NCBI GenBank assembly: GCA_965226795.1 | Contig: CBDDDZ010000005.1 | Location: 768,001 to 832,000, forward strand | Length of the DNA: 64,000 nucleotides | From: Candidatus Latescibacterota bacterium | Lineage (GTDB): Bacteria > Latescibacterota > UBA2968 > GCA-2709665 | Reading direction: 5' to 3' | Shown: in pieces, positions 31,157-42,133 of the stretch | Numbering within the stretch: position 1 is the first letter of the stretch | How the letters are laid out: every line of letters starts with the position of its first letter | Notes under the pieces: model-generated | What the model saw: the letters and a program-made list of their open reading frames with translations, nothing else | Told to the model about the DNA's origin: nothing | Databases searched by the model: none | Program-made: the position numbers and the translations under genes

Positions 31157-32014
31157 ATGGGAACGGTCAGGGTCATACGGACGGTGGAGGAAATGCACCG
31201 CATTGCAGACGGGATGCGCAGTGCCGGTTTGCGGATCGGGCTGGTTCCTACCATGGGCTATCTGCACGCTGGCCATTCAAGTCTGATACGTCAGGTGCGG
31301 AGGGTGTCTGACCGGACGGTCGTCAGTATATTCGTCAATCCCGCACAGTTCGGTCCCGATGAAGATTTCGCGACGTATCCGCGCGATTTCGAACGAGACA
31401 GGGAAATCGTCCGGGGAGAGGGCGGCGACCTGATCTACGCACCTCCGCCGGAGGAGATGTACAAAGACGGCCATGCGTCGTACGTCGAGACGGTACGGCT
31501 GGCGGACCACCTGTGCGGGGCATCACGCCCAGGTCATTTCAGGGGTGTGGCCACGGTGGTGACGAAGCTCTTCGCGGCCGTCAAACCGCACGTGGCCATA
31601 TTCGGACAGAAAGATGCCCAGCAGGCAGGCGTCGTCCGCCGGCTGGTAAGGGATCTGAATCTTGACGTTGACATCTTGATAGCACCGACGGTGAGAGAGG
31701 CGGACGGGTTGGCCAGGAGTTCCCGAAACGTTTACCTGACGCCCTGCGTTCGCCGGTGCGCCACGGTGCTTTACAGGGCCCTGCAGGAAGGAAGGGATAT
31801 GGCGCTGGCGGGCGAAAAGCGCGCATCCGTGGTGGTTGACGCCATGAACCGCCGCGTGCGCCAGAGATCGGGCGCGGAGGTCGATTACATCGCGGCGGTC
31901 GATGCCGAGGATTTTCAGCCCGTAGACAAGATGGCAGGCCGGGTACTTCTGGCGGTGGCCGTGCAGTTTGGGCAATCCAGGCTCATCGACAATATCGTGG
32001 TGGAAACCGAATGA
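31157..32014 (+). CDS. panC: Pantoate--beta-alanine ligase
   Basis: VPTMGYLHAGH, SIFVNPAQF, RPGHFRGV, FGQKDAQQ, SSRN, RLIDN. Confidence 0.95.
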   Translation: MGTVRVIRTVEEMHRIADGMRSAGLRIGLVPTMGYLHAGHSSLIRQVRRVSDRTVVSIFVNPAQFGPDEDFATYPRDFERDREIVRGEGGDLIYAPPPEEMYKDGHASYVETVRLADHLCGASRPGHFRGVATVVTKLFAAVKPHVAIFGQKDAQQAGVVRRLVRDLNLDVDILIAPTVREADGLARSSRNVYLTPCVRRCATVLYRALQEGRDMALAGEKRASVVVDAMNRRVRQRSGAEVDYIAAVDAEDFQPVDKMAGRVLLAVAVQFGQSRLIDNIVVETE

Positions 32015-32078
32015 ACGGCGGTACAGGAAATGCGATAAGTGCAAGTTTTTGTTATAAGTAAGGGTGGGTGGAAATCGC

Positions 32079-32107
32079 TTGACGTTGAGCCGTGAGTACG
32101 TTATATT
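32079..32107 (+). promoter_or_regulatory. Sigma-70-type promoter of sodA
   Basis: TTGACG-17 nt-TATATT. Confidence 0.6.
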
Positions 32108-32178
32108 TTGTTTCCTTGATTCTTCGATTATAATGTCTGGATTTGTCGTCCATCCTCATTTAACAAGGAGTGTAATCA

Positions 32179-32793
32179 ATGGCCTATTCACTGCCCGACC
32201 TGCCGTACAGTTATGATGCTCTGGAGCCCCATATCGACGCCCGGACAATGGAGATTCACCACAGCAGGCATCATAACGCCTATGTCACGAATTTGAACAA
32301 CGCACTTGAGGGGCACGCCGATCTGGCCGCCCAGAGTGTTGAAGATCTCATCAGTAATCTCGATAGTGTTCCAGAGGCAATCCGAACGGCGGTCCGGAAC
32401 AATGGCGGCGGCCATGCCAATCACAGTCTTTTTTGGACGGTGATGTCGCCCGGCGGCGGCGGAGAACCCTCGGGAGATCTGGCCGATGCGATCAACGACG
32501 CGTTTGGCAGCCTCGATGCGGCACGCGACCAGTTCGTCCAGGCGGCGACCACCCGTTTCGGTAGCGGATGGGCGTGGGTGGTCGTGAAGGACGGCAAGCT
32601 GGAGATTCTCAGCACCCCGAATCAGGACAGCCCGCTGATGACGGACGACGGCACGCCCATACTCGGGCTGGACGTCTGGGAGCACGCCTACTATCTGAAT
32701 TATCAGAACCGGCGCCCCGATTATATCGTGGCCTGGGGCAACGTGATTGACTGGGACGCGGTAGCGGCCCGATTCGCGGACGCGACCTCCTAG
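32179..32793 (+). CDS. sodA: Fe/Mn superoxide dismutase, Mn-type signature
   Basis: [32 protein letters not shown]. Confidence 0.93.
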   Translation: MAYSLPDLPYSYDALEPHIDARTMEIHHSRHHNAYVTNLNNALEGHADLAAQSVEDLISNLDSVPEAIRTAVRNNGGGHANHSLFWTVMSPGGGGEPSGDLADAINDAFGSLDAARDQFVQAATTRFGSGWAWVVVKDGKLEILSTPNQDSPLMTDDGTPILGLDVWEHAYYLNYQNRRPDYIVAWGNVIDWDAVAARFADATS

Positions 32794-32893
32794 CCCGGAC
32801 CGCCGAAACCACGCGCCGGGCTTTAGTTGACGATTGTGGTCGTTTTTTTGTATACAGGGCCGGAATTTTGGAATTTCACGAAAGGATTATCCG

Positions 32894-33370
32894 ATGGGGC
32901 TCAATGTAGGCGATCAGGCGCCCGACTTCACGTTAAAGAGCAAACGCGGCGACCTGGAAGATGTTATGTTGAGCAGTTTCAGGGGAGGCAAGAACGTCGT
33001 GTTGCTGTTTTTTCCATTGGCGTATACCTCGGTTTGTACAGACGAAATGTGTTCGGTGAGCGGAGGTCTTTCGGATTACGATGACCTTAATGCGCAGATG
33101 TTGGGCATTAGCGTGGACAGCCCGTTCGCGCAGGAGGCCTGGGCGGACCAGAATAACCTGTCTTTTCAGCTGCTGAGTGATTTTAACAAAGAGGTGAGCG
33201 CCGCCTACGGAGCTCAATATCAGGATCTTTTGGGTTTCAAGGGTGTCGCGAAACGCGCGGCATTCGTTGTAGACAAAGAAGGGATCATCCGGTACGCGGA
33301 AGTTTCGGAAGACGCTACCGTATTGCCCGACTTCGACGCTGTAAAACGCTGTCTTTCCACGATCGGTTGA
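32894..33370 (+). CDS. Peroxiredoxin (AhpC/TSA family, AhpE-like)
   Basis: [39 protein letters not shown]. Confidence 0.88.
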   Translation: MGLNVGDQAPDFTLKSKRGDLEDVMLSSFRGGKNVVLLFFPLAYTSVCTDEMCSVSGGLSDYDDLNAQMLGISVDSPFAQEAWADQNNLSFQLLSDFNKEVSAAYGAQYQDLLGFKGVAKRAAFVVDKEGIIRYAEVSEDATVLPDFDAVKRCLSTIG

Positions 33371-33410
33371 ACGGTAGCGTTTAGAGATCTCCCAGAAGGT
33401 TGAGGGCACA

Positions 33411-33734
33411 ATGATTACGGTTACCGAGGCTGCGGCGGTAAAGATCAAAAACCTGTTGGAACGCGAAGACGTTCCCGAATCCGGCCTCCGAATGAAAGTG
33501 GTCGGAGGCGGATGTTCCGGGTTGCAGTATCAGTTGGGCTTCGAAAACGGGCCCGGCGAAGATGACGACACCATCGAAAGCCACGGCGTCAGGGTGTTTG
33601 TGGACATGAAAAGTGCGCTCTTTCTCGCCGGGTCCGAACTGGATTACGACGATGGGCTGATGGGTGCGGGCTTCCGGGTAGTGAATCCCAATGCCAAGAA
33701 TCAGTGCGGCTGTGGGGAGTCGTTTGGTGTATGA
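33411..33734 (+). CDS. iscA: A-type Fe-S carrier protein (IscA/ErpA)
   Basis: GGGCSGLQY, NPNAKNQCGCGESF. Confidence 0.9.
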   Translation: MITVTEAAAVKIKNLLEREDVPESGLRMKVVGGGCSGLQYQLGFENGPGEDDDTIESHGVRVFVDMKSALFLAGSELDYDDGLMGAGFRVVNPNAKNQCGCGESFGV

Positions 33735-33880
33735 TGAAATGAACCGGCTTGTTTTTCTGAAGCGGTCGGTTTGTTTCCGGATTAAGGGAGGGAGGGGTCC
33801 GGGTCGGATGCCTCCCTTTGTTGTCCGATCGATCAGTTGAACCGGAGTCTTATGTTGTTCTTGTTGCACATTGCAAGCCT

Positions 33881-33963
33881 GCTCCTGCACGGGTGCCGGC
33901 TGCAATTGGCTCTATTAGGGAATTCCCGAGAACCGGCGTCGCATTGCTGCAGCGTGCAGGAGC
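33881..33963 (+). ncRNA. Candidate structured RNA upstream of rny
   Basis: Perfect 11 bp stem GCTCCTGCACG/CGTGCAGGAGC enclosing a GCCGG/CCGGC inner stem. Confidence 0.3.
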
Positions 33964-34039
33964 GACAATTCACAGTGGGGCCAAATGTGCGTAAATCGAA
34001 CGACCTGGATCTGAATTCTATCGAACACGGGAGGCTTCA

Positions 34040-35839
34040 ATGGCGCTGGATGCATACTCAGTTTGTCTTGCCATTGCATGCGCGTTTCTCCTCTTCGCTG
34101 CCGGGTGGTTTTTATGCGCGAGGCTCAAAGCCCGCAAGATTCAGGAAATTGAACACCACACCGAGCGTCGGATTTCAAAAATGGTTGAGAAGGCGGGCCG
34201 GGAGCGCAGAGCCACATTTCTCGAAGAGAAGAACAAGTGGTACGACGCCAAGACGACGTTCGAGCGCGAACTGGATGGCAAGAAGCGCGAAATGGAACGG
34301 CGGGATGAGGACCTCAACGAAAAAGAGAACGGCATACAGGAACAGCACGGAAACCTCAAACTGCGAAACAAGGAGCTGAATCGCTCGGAGCGGGACGTAC
34401 GGCAGCGGGCGGTACGTCTGGATCAGAATCAGCAGGAACTCGAACAGGTGCTGGTTGAGCAACGCGCCCAATTGGAACACATATCGGGCATGAATGTGGA
34501 TCGCGCCCGGGAAATGCTTCTGGAGACTATCGAGACCGATCTCCGGCATACGGCAACCGCGATGGGTATGGAGATCATCGATCAGGCCAGGGAGCGGTCC
34601 GAGCGGGAGTCGAAAAAGATCATTGCGCAGGCGATTGAACGATGTTCAACGGATCAGACCGTGCAATCGTCAATTTCGGTCGTGGCACTGCCCGACGACG
34701 ATATCAAGGGTAGGATAGTTGGTAAGGAGGGGCGGAACATTATCTCCTTCGAGGCTGCGACCGGTGTGAAGGTGATCGTTAACGATACGCCGGAAGCCGT
34801 TGTACTCTCCAGCTTCGATCCGGTAAAGCGGGATGTGGCCAGGCTGGCAATGGAGCAATTGGTCAAGGAGGGACGAATCAATCCCAGCCGGGTGGAAGAG
34901 GTTGTGGCCGATTGTGAGAATCGTATCGAGACCCTCATCGAAGAGGAGGGGCGGCGCGCGGTCAAAGAAGTGGGCATCGACAACATGCACCAGGAACTGG
35001 TAACGATGTTGGGACGCCTCAAGTATCGAACCAGTTACGGGCAAAGCGTGTTGGGGCATTCCAAAGAAGTTGCATTCCTGGCAGGCGCAATGGCTGCGGA
35101 ACTGCGAATGGACGAGATGTTGGCGCGGCGGGCCGGATTGTTGCACGACATCGGTAAGGCGGTAGATCAGGAACAGGAAGGAACGCATACGGACATCGGC
35201 GTGGCGATGGTGCGCCAACATGGCGAAGGGCCCGAGGTGGGGAATGCTATTCTTTACCATCATGGAGACGCCGAAGCCAGTTCTCCAATATCCTTCCTGG
35301 TAAAGGCTGCGGACGCCATTTCGTCCTCCCGGCCGGGGGCCCGCAGGGATGACGCGGAAGGGTATGTTCGAAGGGTGCGCGATCTGGAGGATATTGCGCG
35401 GGGCTTTAATGGCGTACGCGACGCGTATGCCATTAATGCCGGCAGGGAAATCCGGGTGATGGTGAACGCGGGCCGGGTCGACGACGAACACGCCAAGAGT
35501 CTGTCATTCGAAATTGCACAGCGCATCCGGGAGGGAATGACCTATCCCGGCGAGATTCAGGTTACGATAATAAGACAGACGGTCGCCACCCAGTGGGCGG
35601 GCCGTTCCAATAAACGGCGCAAGGGCAGATCCAGAAACAGGAGAGGAGAACGCCGATATGAAAAAGGTCGGTCACGAAATGACGCTGACCGAAAAAATGT
35701 ACCTTCCGGCAATCACAAAGGGTCTGTCTCTGACCTTCAGGCACCTGCTCGGCAAGAAGATCACGATGCAGTATCCGGAAGAAACCTGGACAAAGCCCAG
35801 CGGATACCGAGGGCTGCACAAACTAACGAAGGACGATAG
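34040..35839 (+). CDS. rny: Ribonuclease Y, with a C-terminal extension overlapping nuoI
   Basis: N-terminal TM, coiled coil, KH motif KGRIVGKEGRNI, HD motif LLHDIGKA, SRPGARR, YPGEIQVTIIR. Confidence 0.93.
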   Translation: MALDAYSVCLAIACAFLLFAAGWFLCARLKARKIQEIEHHTERRISKMVEKAGRERRATFLEEKNKWYDAKTTFERELDGKKREMERRDEDLNEKENGIQEQHGNLKLRNKELNRSERDVRQRAVRLDQNQQELEQVLVEQRAQLEHISGMNVDRAREMLLETIETDLRHTATAMGMEIIDQARERSERESKKIIAQAIERCSTDQTVQSSISVVALPDDDIKGRIVGKEGRNIISFEAATGVKVIVNDTPEAVVLSSFDPVKRDVARLAMEQLVKEGRINPSRVEEVVADCENRIETLIEEEGRRAVKEVGIDNMHQELVTMLGRLKYRTSYGQSVLGHSKEVAFLAGAMAAELRMDEMLARRAGLLHDIGKAVDQEQEGTHTDIGVAMVRQHGEGPEVGNAILYHHGDAEASSPISFLVKAADAISSSRPGARRDDAEGYVRRVRDLEDIARGFNGVRDAYAINAGREIRVMVNAGRVDDEHAKSLSFEIAQRIREGMTYPGEIQVTIIRQTVATQWAGRSNKRRKGRSRNRRGERRYEKGRSRNDADRKNVPSGNHKGSVSDLQAPARQEDHDAVSGRNLDKAQRIPRAAQTNEGR

Positions 35840-36155
35840 GGGTCGCCCGAAATGCGTCGCATGCTACATGTGCGCCACGGCCTGTCCGGCGGAATGCATC
35901 GCCATCGAGGCCGAGGAAGCGCCGTGGGAGGATCGGGAGAAACATCCCAAGCGGTTTGACATCGATATGCTGCGGTGTATTTTCTGCGGCATGTGTGTCG
36001 AGGCCTGTCCCGAAGACGCGATCGTAATGACGGAGCGGACCGAACTGGCAGCGGAAAGCCGCGCGGAACTGATCTATTCCAAAGAGCAACTGCTGGCCGT
36101 GGAAGACCGGGTGACGCTTACGCCGCCTCGAAGGCCACTTGAAAATACCCGATGA
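35658..36155 (+). CDS. nuoI: NADH-quinone oxidoreductase subunit I-like 2[4Fe-4S] protein (outside a nuo operon)
   Basis: TMQYPEE, YRGLHKL, CVACYMCATACP, RCIFCGMCVEACP; SD AGGAG. Confidence 0.85.
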   Translation: MKKVGHEMTLTEKMYLPAITKGLSLTFRHLLGKKITMQYPEETWTKPSGYRGLHKLTKDDRGRPKCVACYMCATACPAECIAIEAEEAPWEDREKHPKRFDIDMLRCIFCGMCVEACPEDAIVMTERTELAAESRAELIYSKEQLLAVEDRVTLTPPRRPLENTR

Positions 36156-36176
36156 GTCGACGGGTGGTTGGGCTCC

Positions 36177-36557
36177 ATGGCCGAGACCTATAGTGAAATA
36201 GCCCTCGATCATTTCAGGAATCCGCGCAACGCAGGCACCATACACGATGCGGACGGCATCGGCTCCGTCGAGAATCCGGCATCGGGCGCGGTGGTATCGC
36301 TTCAACTGAAAATCGTCGATGAGCGGATCGTACGGGCTGTGTTTCAGGCCCGGGGTTGCACGGCCACAATCGCCGCCGCTTCCGTATTGACGGAAATGGT
36401 GGCGGGCCTGTCGGTTTCGGCTGCGGAGGTGGTTAACCGGGCGGATGTCGAGGCCGGGTTGGGCGGACTGCCGCCCACAAGGAAACATGCGGCCGCGCTG
36501 GCCTGCGATGCGGTCAGGGCGGCAGTAGCGGATTTCAGGGCCCGGGTGAGGGCCTGA
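36177..36557 (+). CDS. IscU/NifU-N-like scaffold with degenerate Cys ligands
   Basis: YSEIALDHFRNPRNAG, F..RGC..TIAAAS, LGGLPP.RKH. Confidence 0.8.
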   Translation: MAETYSEIALDHFRNPRNAGTIHDADGIGSVENPASGAVVSLQLKIVDERIVRAVFQARGCTATIAAASVLTEMVAGLSVSAAEVVNRADVEAGLGGLPPTRKHAAALACDAVRAAVADFRARVRA

Positions 36558-36630
36558 TGGCTTTGATGTTATCGAACAGTAAAGGACAGGGTACGTCCGT
36601 TCCCTGTCCTTTTGGGCTTATTTAGCGGCC

Positions 36631-37881
36631 ATGGCGACGGATCTGGAAGCCGAACAGCGGAAGTTGACCGAGCAAATCAAGCGCAAGGCGCGAGGTATGG
36701 GTTTCAATCCGGTTGGGATTGCGCCCGCGGGGCCGCCGGAGCACTGGGGCTTTTATCTCGACTGGCTGGCGCGGGGGTATGCCGGCCAGATGGCTTATCT
36801 TGGCCGGAATCTCGAACGCAGGTCGGATCCACAGCAGGTGCTCCCGGGCGCCCGAACAGTCCTATGTGTGGGGATGAATTACAATCAGGGGACAGGCGCG
36901 CCTCCTGCGGATGGGCGGCCAAGGGGAAAGGTCTCCAGGTATGCCAGGGGCGACGACTATCACGACCTGATGACCGCCCGCCTGAAGCGTCTGCTGGAGT
37001 GGATTCAGCGTCTGCAACCGGAGGTAAGGGGACGGGTCTACGTGGATACGGGACCTGTGCTGGAGCGGGATTTCGCCGCCCTAGCCGGCCTGGGGTGGTT
37101 CGGCAAGCACACAAACCTTATCCATAAGCGCAGAGGGTCGTGGTTTTTCCTGGGAGAAATTCTGCTAACCATACCTCTGATCTACGACCGTCCCGTTGCC
37201 GACCATTGCGGGACCTGTACGCTATGTATGGATGCCTGCCCGACCGCGGCGATTCCACAGCCATTTGTGCTGGATTCCAATCGTTGTATCTCGTACCTGA
37301 CAATTGAGTTGAAAGGCGCGATTCCCAGGCCTTATCGGGAAAAAATCGGGGATTGGATCTACGGATGCGATATATGCCAGGAAGTCTGTCCGTGGAACCT
37401 GAAACATGCCAAGCCGACCGACGAGCCGACGCTGAAAGCCCGCGACGGTCTGGACGCGCCCGACCTCTCCGAATTACTGGCCATGGATCAGCCGACATTC
37501 AGCCGGAGGTTTCGCGGAAGCCCCATCAAACGCGCCAAACGGCGCGGGATCTTGCGGAACGCCGCCGTGGCTCTGGGTAATCGCGGTACGGCGGCCGATA
37601 TTCCCGCTCTTGCGGCCGTGCTATCCGATCCTGAACCCCTTGTCCGCGGGCATGCGGCCTGGGCACTGGGCCGCATCGGCGGGCCTGAAGCGCGTCGTGC
37701 GCTTTCAGTGGCCCTTGGCGCCGAGACGGACGCCGACGTCAGCGAGGAAATCAGGCTGGCGATGGACGAGATCGACAGGGGGCGCGATTCAAGCGGGCTC
37801 CACGAAATGAAGCGGGAATCTCCTAAGTCATCGAAGACGGACAATCATCCTGGAGTACCGCATGCGGCTTCTGGACATTGA
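36631..37881 (+). CDS. queG: Epoxyqueuosine reductase with C-terminal HEAT repeats
   Basis: SRYARGDDYH, VDTGPVLER, CGTCTLCMDACPT, CISYLTIE, GCDICQEVCPWN. Confidence 0.93.
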   Translation: MATDLEAEQRKLTEQIKRKARGMGFNPVGIAPAGPPEHWGFYLDWLARGYAGQMAYLGRNLERRSDPQQVLPGARTVLCVGMNYNQGTGAPPADGRPRGKVSRYARGDDYHDLMTARLKRLLEWIQRLQPEVRGRVYVDTGPVLERDFAALAGLGWFGKHTNLIHKRRGSWFFLGEILLTIPLIYDRPVADHCGTCTLCMDACPTAAIPQPFVLDSNRCISYLTIELKGAIPRPYREKIGDWIYGCDICQEVCPWNLKHAKPTDEPTLKARDGLDAPDLSELLAMDQPTFSRRFRGSPIKRAKRRGILRNAAVALGNRGTAADIPALAAVLSDPEPLVRGHAAWALGRIGGPEARRALSVALGAETDADVSEEIRLAMDEIDRGRDSSGLHEMKRESPKSSKTDNHPGVPHAASGH

Positions 37882-39238
37882 ACGACAGTCTGACATTTCC
37901 GAGGCGGATGAGGTGAACCTGCCCGTCTCCGTCGCAGGGCGTCGGGTCTATATCGAAACCTATGGCTGCCAGATGAACGTGTCCGATACGGAACTTATGA
38001 TGGGTGTTCTTAAGAAGGCCGGATTCCGTCGGGCGCTCGGTTTTGAAGACGCGGACGTGGTGCTGTTGAATACGTGCGCCATTCGAGAGCGGGCGGAGGA
38101 ACGGGTGGTGGGCCGACTTTCTCAGCTGAGCCACGCGAAGCGGACGCGCCCGGACCTCGTGCTCGGCGTGAGCGGATGCATGGCCAAGCACCTTGCCGAG
38201 CAACTTCTGAACGAATTGCCGTACGTCGATCTCGTGGTCGGTCCCGATTCCTATCGTCGACTGCCCGAGTTGATCGAAGAGGCGGCCGGAAATCCCGCAC
38301 TGGACGTGCGGCTCGACCGGCGCGAGGATTATCTGGAACTGGATCCCGTTCGACAGGAAGGTACAAATGCCTGGATTACAATCATGCGCGGTTGCGACAA
38401 GTTCTGCACCTTCTGCATTGTTCCCTACGTGCGGGGTCGGGAGCGGAGCGTGCCTGCCGCCGACCTGTTGCGGCAGGTCCGGATGGCTGCGTCGGAGGGA
38501 TTCCGGCAGGTGACCCTGCTCGGGCAGACGGTGAATTCCTACTACGACGGCGAAACGGATTTCGCCGATCTCTTAAAGATGGTGGCCGGTGTGGACGGTA
38601 TACGGCGGATTCGCTTCACGTCGCCGCATCCGAGCGATTTTTCGGAAAAACTGATCGGTACCATGGCGGAAGAGAGCAAGATCTGCCGTTTCATCCATCT
38701 GCCGGTGCAGTCCGGTTCCGACGCGGTATTGAAGGCCATGAAGCGAACCTATTCCATGGAACAGTACCTGGACCTGGTCGCGCGTCTGCGAACGGCCCTG
38801 CCGGGGCTCTGTCTGTCCACGGATGTCATCGTGGGATTCCCGGGAGAGGCGGAGCCCGATTTCGAGTCAACAATGAAGCTCATGCGGCACGTCCGGTACG
38901 ATTCGGCGTTTATGTTTAAATATTCGCCCAGGAAGGGTACGGTGGCCTACCGGGAGATTCCCGATACGGTATCGGAGACCGAAAAGGCACGGCGTCTCGA
39001 GGCCGTAATTGCCCAGCAGACAAGGATCTCAGGTGAGATCAACCGGCGCTATGTCGGACAATTACAGTACGTGCTCGTGGAGGGTGATGCGAGGCGGGGA
39101 CGAGGACAGGCGGTAGGAAAATCGGACGGATTCAAAACGGTTGTGTTTCCGAGAAACGGAATCAAAACCAATACATTCGTGAATGTCCGAATAACAGATG
39201 CAACGTCACACACGTTAATAGGTCAACCCGAACACTGA
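37862..39238 (+). CDS. miaB: tRNA-i6A37 methylthiotransferase
   Basis: [37 protein letters not shown]-terminal TRAM domain. Confidence 0.95.
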   Translation: MRLLDIERQSDISEADEVNLPVSVAGRRVYIETYGCQMNVSDTELMMGVLKKAGFRRALGFEDADVVLLNTCAIRERAEERVVGRLSQLSHAKRTRPDLVLGVSGCMAKHLAEQLLNELPYVDLVVGPDSYRRLPELIEEAAGNPALDVRLDRREDYLELDPVRQEGTNAWITIMRGCDKFCTFCIVPYVRGRERSVPAADLLRQVRMAASEGFRQVTLLGQTVNSYYDGETDFADLLKMVAGVDGIRRIRFTSPHPSDFSEKLIGTMAEESKICRFIHLPVQSGSDAVLKAMKRTYSMEQYLDLVARLRTALPGLCLSTDVIVGFPGEAEPDFESTMKLMRHVRYDSAFMFKYSPRKGTVAYREIPDTVSETEKARRLEAVIAQQTRISGEINRRYVGQLQYVLVEGDARRGRGQAVGKSDGFKTVVFPRNGIKTNTFVNVRITDATSHTLIGQPEH

Positions 39239-39282
39239 GCGGTCGTGCACGATTTCGCAAGAGATTGCGTCGGCATGCCTTT

Positions 39283-40170
39283 ATGATGCTACAAATCGAA
39301 AACCAGAACCCGAAGAAAAACCGGCGGTTGCCGGACTGGTTCCGGGTACCCGCGCCCGGTAGGGCCGGGTACCGGGAATTGAAGCGCCTCATGCGGGAAC
39401 TGGATCTGCACACCGTTTGCGAAAGTGCGAAGTGTCCGAATATCGGTGAATGCTGGGGGGCCGGTACGGCCACGTTCATGATTCTGGGAGACATCTGTAC
39501 TCGCAGCTGCGGGTTTTGTGCGGTGAAGACCGGGCGGCCCGAAGGTCTCGACGTGGAAGAACCCGGCCGGGTCGCCGAAGCCGTCCGGCGGCTGGGGCTG
39601 AGACACGCCGTCGTGACATCTGTGAACCGCGATGAATTGCCGGACGGGGGCGCGTCGATATTTTCAGCCACCATCCGGGCGATCCGCCGGCTTCGTCCTG
39701 AAGCCCGGGTGGAAGTGTTGATTCCTGATTTTCGGGGAAACTGGCGCGCGTTGGAGGCGGTGATGTCCGCCGGTCCGGATATTCTGAACCACAACGTGGA
39801 GACGCCGCCCAGACTGTATCGCACGATGCGCCCCCAGGCGAATTACGTGCAGTCCCTCGAATTGCTGCGCCGCGCCGGCGTGGCCAATGCCGATATCACA
39901 ACGAAGTCCGGCATTATGGTTGGCGCGGGCGAGACCATGGAAGAGGTTTACCAGACCATCGACGACATTGCTGAACAGGGAACCGATATTCTGACCGTGG
40001 GGCAATATCTGCAGCCCTCGCCCGCCCACGTACCCATTGCCAGATTTTACCATCCGGAAGAATTCGAGAAGATCCGGGTTTTTGCGCAGATGCGAGGATT
40101 CCGCCACGTGGAGTCGGGTCCGCTGGTACGGAGTTCCTACCACGCCGCAAACCACGTCGTTGCAGGGTGA
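39283..40170 (+). CDS. lipA: Lipoyl synthase
   Basis: [41 protein letters not shown]. Confidence 0.95.
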   Translation: MMLQIENQNPKKNRRLPDWFRVPAPGRAGYRELKRLMRELDLHTVCESAKCPNIGECWGAGTATFMILGDICTRSCGFCAVKTGRPEGLDVEEPGRVAEAVRRLGLRHAVVTSVNRDELPDGGASIFSATIRAIRRLRPEARVEVLIPDFRGNWRALEAVMSAGPDILNHNVETPPRLYRTMRPQANYVQSLELLRRAGVANADITTKSGIMVGAGETMEEVYQTIDDIAEQGTDILTVGQYLQPSPAHVPIARFYHPEEFEKIRVFAQMRGFRHVESGPLVRSSYHAANHVVAG

Positions 40171-40174
40171 GACC

Positions 40175-40567
40175 GTGTTCAAGTTGAATCGATGGCGTCC
40201 GAAAGGCCAGTGCCGGACCGGTCAGTACGCCCCCGGCGGCTCTGGGCGAAACCAGCGGTTTTTTCGGGTGGCTTCGATGCGTGAAGTCCCCCCCGGCACC
40301 GGCAAGCTGGTGATGATGATGGGCCGCGAAATCGGGCTTTTCAACGTGGGCGGCAGAATTGAGGCGATTGACAATATCTGTCCACACAACCAGCGCCCCA
40401 TCGGGACAGATGGGATCAGGGGCGGCACGCTAACCTGTTTCTGGCACAACCTGAGGTTCGATCTTGAATCCGGCGCTTGTCCCGAGGCGCCGCATTTCAA
40501 AATCAGAAAATACCCGGTGCGTATCCGGCAGGATGAGATTTTCATTTCTCCCGACGCAACGGTCTGA
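40175..40567 (+). CDS. Rieske [2Fe-2S] ferredoxin
   Basis: CPH...CFWH, FDLESG. Start is uncertain. Confidence 0.8.
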   Translation: MFKLNRWRPKGQCRTGQYAPGGSGRNQRFFRVASMREVPPGTGKLVMMMGREIGLFNVGGRIEAIDNICPHNQRPIGTDGIRGGTLTCFWHNLRFDLESGACPEAPHFKIRKYPVRIRQDEIFISPDATV

Positions 40568-40589
40568 CGGGTTGCCGGGCGCTTTGGCG

Positions 40590-40618
40590 TTGACTTGAAT
40601 GTTGGAGTTCAATACATT
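40590..40618 (+). promoter_or_regulatory. Sigma-70-type promoter of the GWxTD gene
   Basis: TTGACT-17 nt-TACATT. Confidence 0.5.
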
Positions 40619-40705
40619 GGCTGTTTCCGCCCGGCGCGGGAGGCTCTCCGCCCGCAGTTGATTCCTGGCCGCGAATAGTACGAACCAATCTCGGAGACCC
40701 TGGAA

Positions 40706-42082
40706 ATGAGTAACACAAAACGGATTTGGATGGGCGTCCTGCTGTTTGTGGGCGCTTCGTTCTGGTTCACGCAGGGGCACTGCGGGGAGGCGCAGCGCGT
40801 GGACCTGCCGCTGATGGGCGAAGGAGATCTGACGTTTTTTACTGACACTGCCGGATTCCAGGCGTCAGTCGGATATACCCGCCAGGAAATTTACGTTCTT
40901 CTCGACGCGAGTCAGTTGAAATTCAGACGAAAGAGAAAACGGTACGAGGCGGAGCTGGAGTTGTCCATCGCACTGGCCGACTCGGGAGGTACCGTTGTCA
41001 ACGAAGAGACCTGGAATCGAAAGGTCTGGGTCGAAAACGCCGACGATGTCGAAAGCGCGGGTTTGCCTTTTCGCGATATGATCGGATTCGACCTGAAGCC
41101 GGGCCCCTATCGGATGACGCTATCGATTCGAGACCTCAAGCAGGAAAACAAGGGTGTGGCAGAAGGGGTTTTGCAGGTCCGGGATTTTGAGAGGCAGGCC
41201 TTGAAATCCAGCGATCTCCTGTTCGCATCCGGGCTATCCAGAACGGACACGGACGGCAGGTTTTCGAGATACGGCTGGCTGGTGACCCCAAACGTGACGC
41301 GGGCCTATCCCGTCGGCGGAGATATCGAAGTCTATTTCGAGATCTATCACCTGTCACCCCCTGTGGAGGAAGCGGACAACACATTCATACTGGGTTACAG
41401 CATGCTGGATACAGCCGGAGCCGCGCTGATGACGTTTGACCACCAGCGGTTGCTGAAGCCAGGTACAAGCGCTGTAAAGACAGAGATCTTCAATACCGGG
41501 GACCTGCCCCCGGGCTCCTATTACCTTCAAGTGGAGGTGCTTGACCGAAGCAACCGGGCCGTTCACAGGGCGAGGCGGATGGTTTCGCTGGCCCGAAAGC
41601 AGGAAGTTGTTGAGTTGACGCAGGAGGAACGGGACAATATTCGCTATTACAAAGGCATTCGATATATCGCCACGGGTTCCCAGTTTAAGGAATACAGGAC
41701 ACTGAAGAATCGACGGGATCAGATGGCGTTTTTGAAGGCATTCTGGAAGGAAATGGATCCGACGCCGGCAACCGACGAGAACGAACGCCTGGTCCAGCAT
41801 ATCCAGCGAATGAGGTTTGCCGAAAACAACTACGCGGCTGGCCGGGGCAAGCGCGGATCGGATACGGATAAAGGGCGAATCTACGTCAAGTTCGGCGAGC
41901 CGAGCGACATTCAATACAATCTGGCGGCTTCCAATGAGAAGCCGTTTGAAGTCTGGACTTACGAAGATCAGCGGGGTGTCAGGTTCATCTTCAAGGATCG
42001 GCGCGGCGCAGGTGTTTTTGAACTTGTGCACTCCACGCATCCCACTGAAACGTATAACCCGCAATGGCGGATGATGGAGTAG
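40706..42082 (+). CDS. GWxTD domain-containing exported protein
   Basis: Signal peptide; FWKEMDPTPATDENE, GSDTDKGRIYVKFGEP, EVWTY. Confidence 0.8.
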   Translation: MSNTKRIWMGVLLFVGASFWFTQGHCGEAQRVDLPLMGEGDLTFFTDTAGFQASVGYTRQEIYVLLDASQLKFRRKRKRYEAELELSIALADSGGTVVNEETWNRKVWVENADDVESAGLPFRDMIGFDLKPGPYRMTLSIRDLKQENKGVAEGVLQVRDFERQALKSSDLLFASGLSRTDTDGRFSRYGWLVTPNVTRAYPVGGDIEVYFEIYHLSPPVEEADNTFILGYSMLDTAGAALMTFDHQRLLKPGTSAVKTEIFNTGDLPPGSYYLQVEVLDRSNRAVHRARRMVSLARKQEVVELTQEERDNIRYYKGIRYIATGSQFKEYRTLKNRRDQMAFLKAFWKEMDPTPATDENERLVQHIQRMRFAENNYAAGRGKRGSDTDKGRIYVKFGEPSDIQYNLAASNEKPFEVWTYEDQRGVRFIFKDRRGAGVFELVHSTHPTETYNPQWRMME

Positions 42083-42133
42083 CGCTCGGGCAGGGGCCGG
42101 AAACCTCGGGGGCGGTTCTAGGTTTGCGGTATT

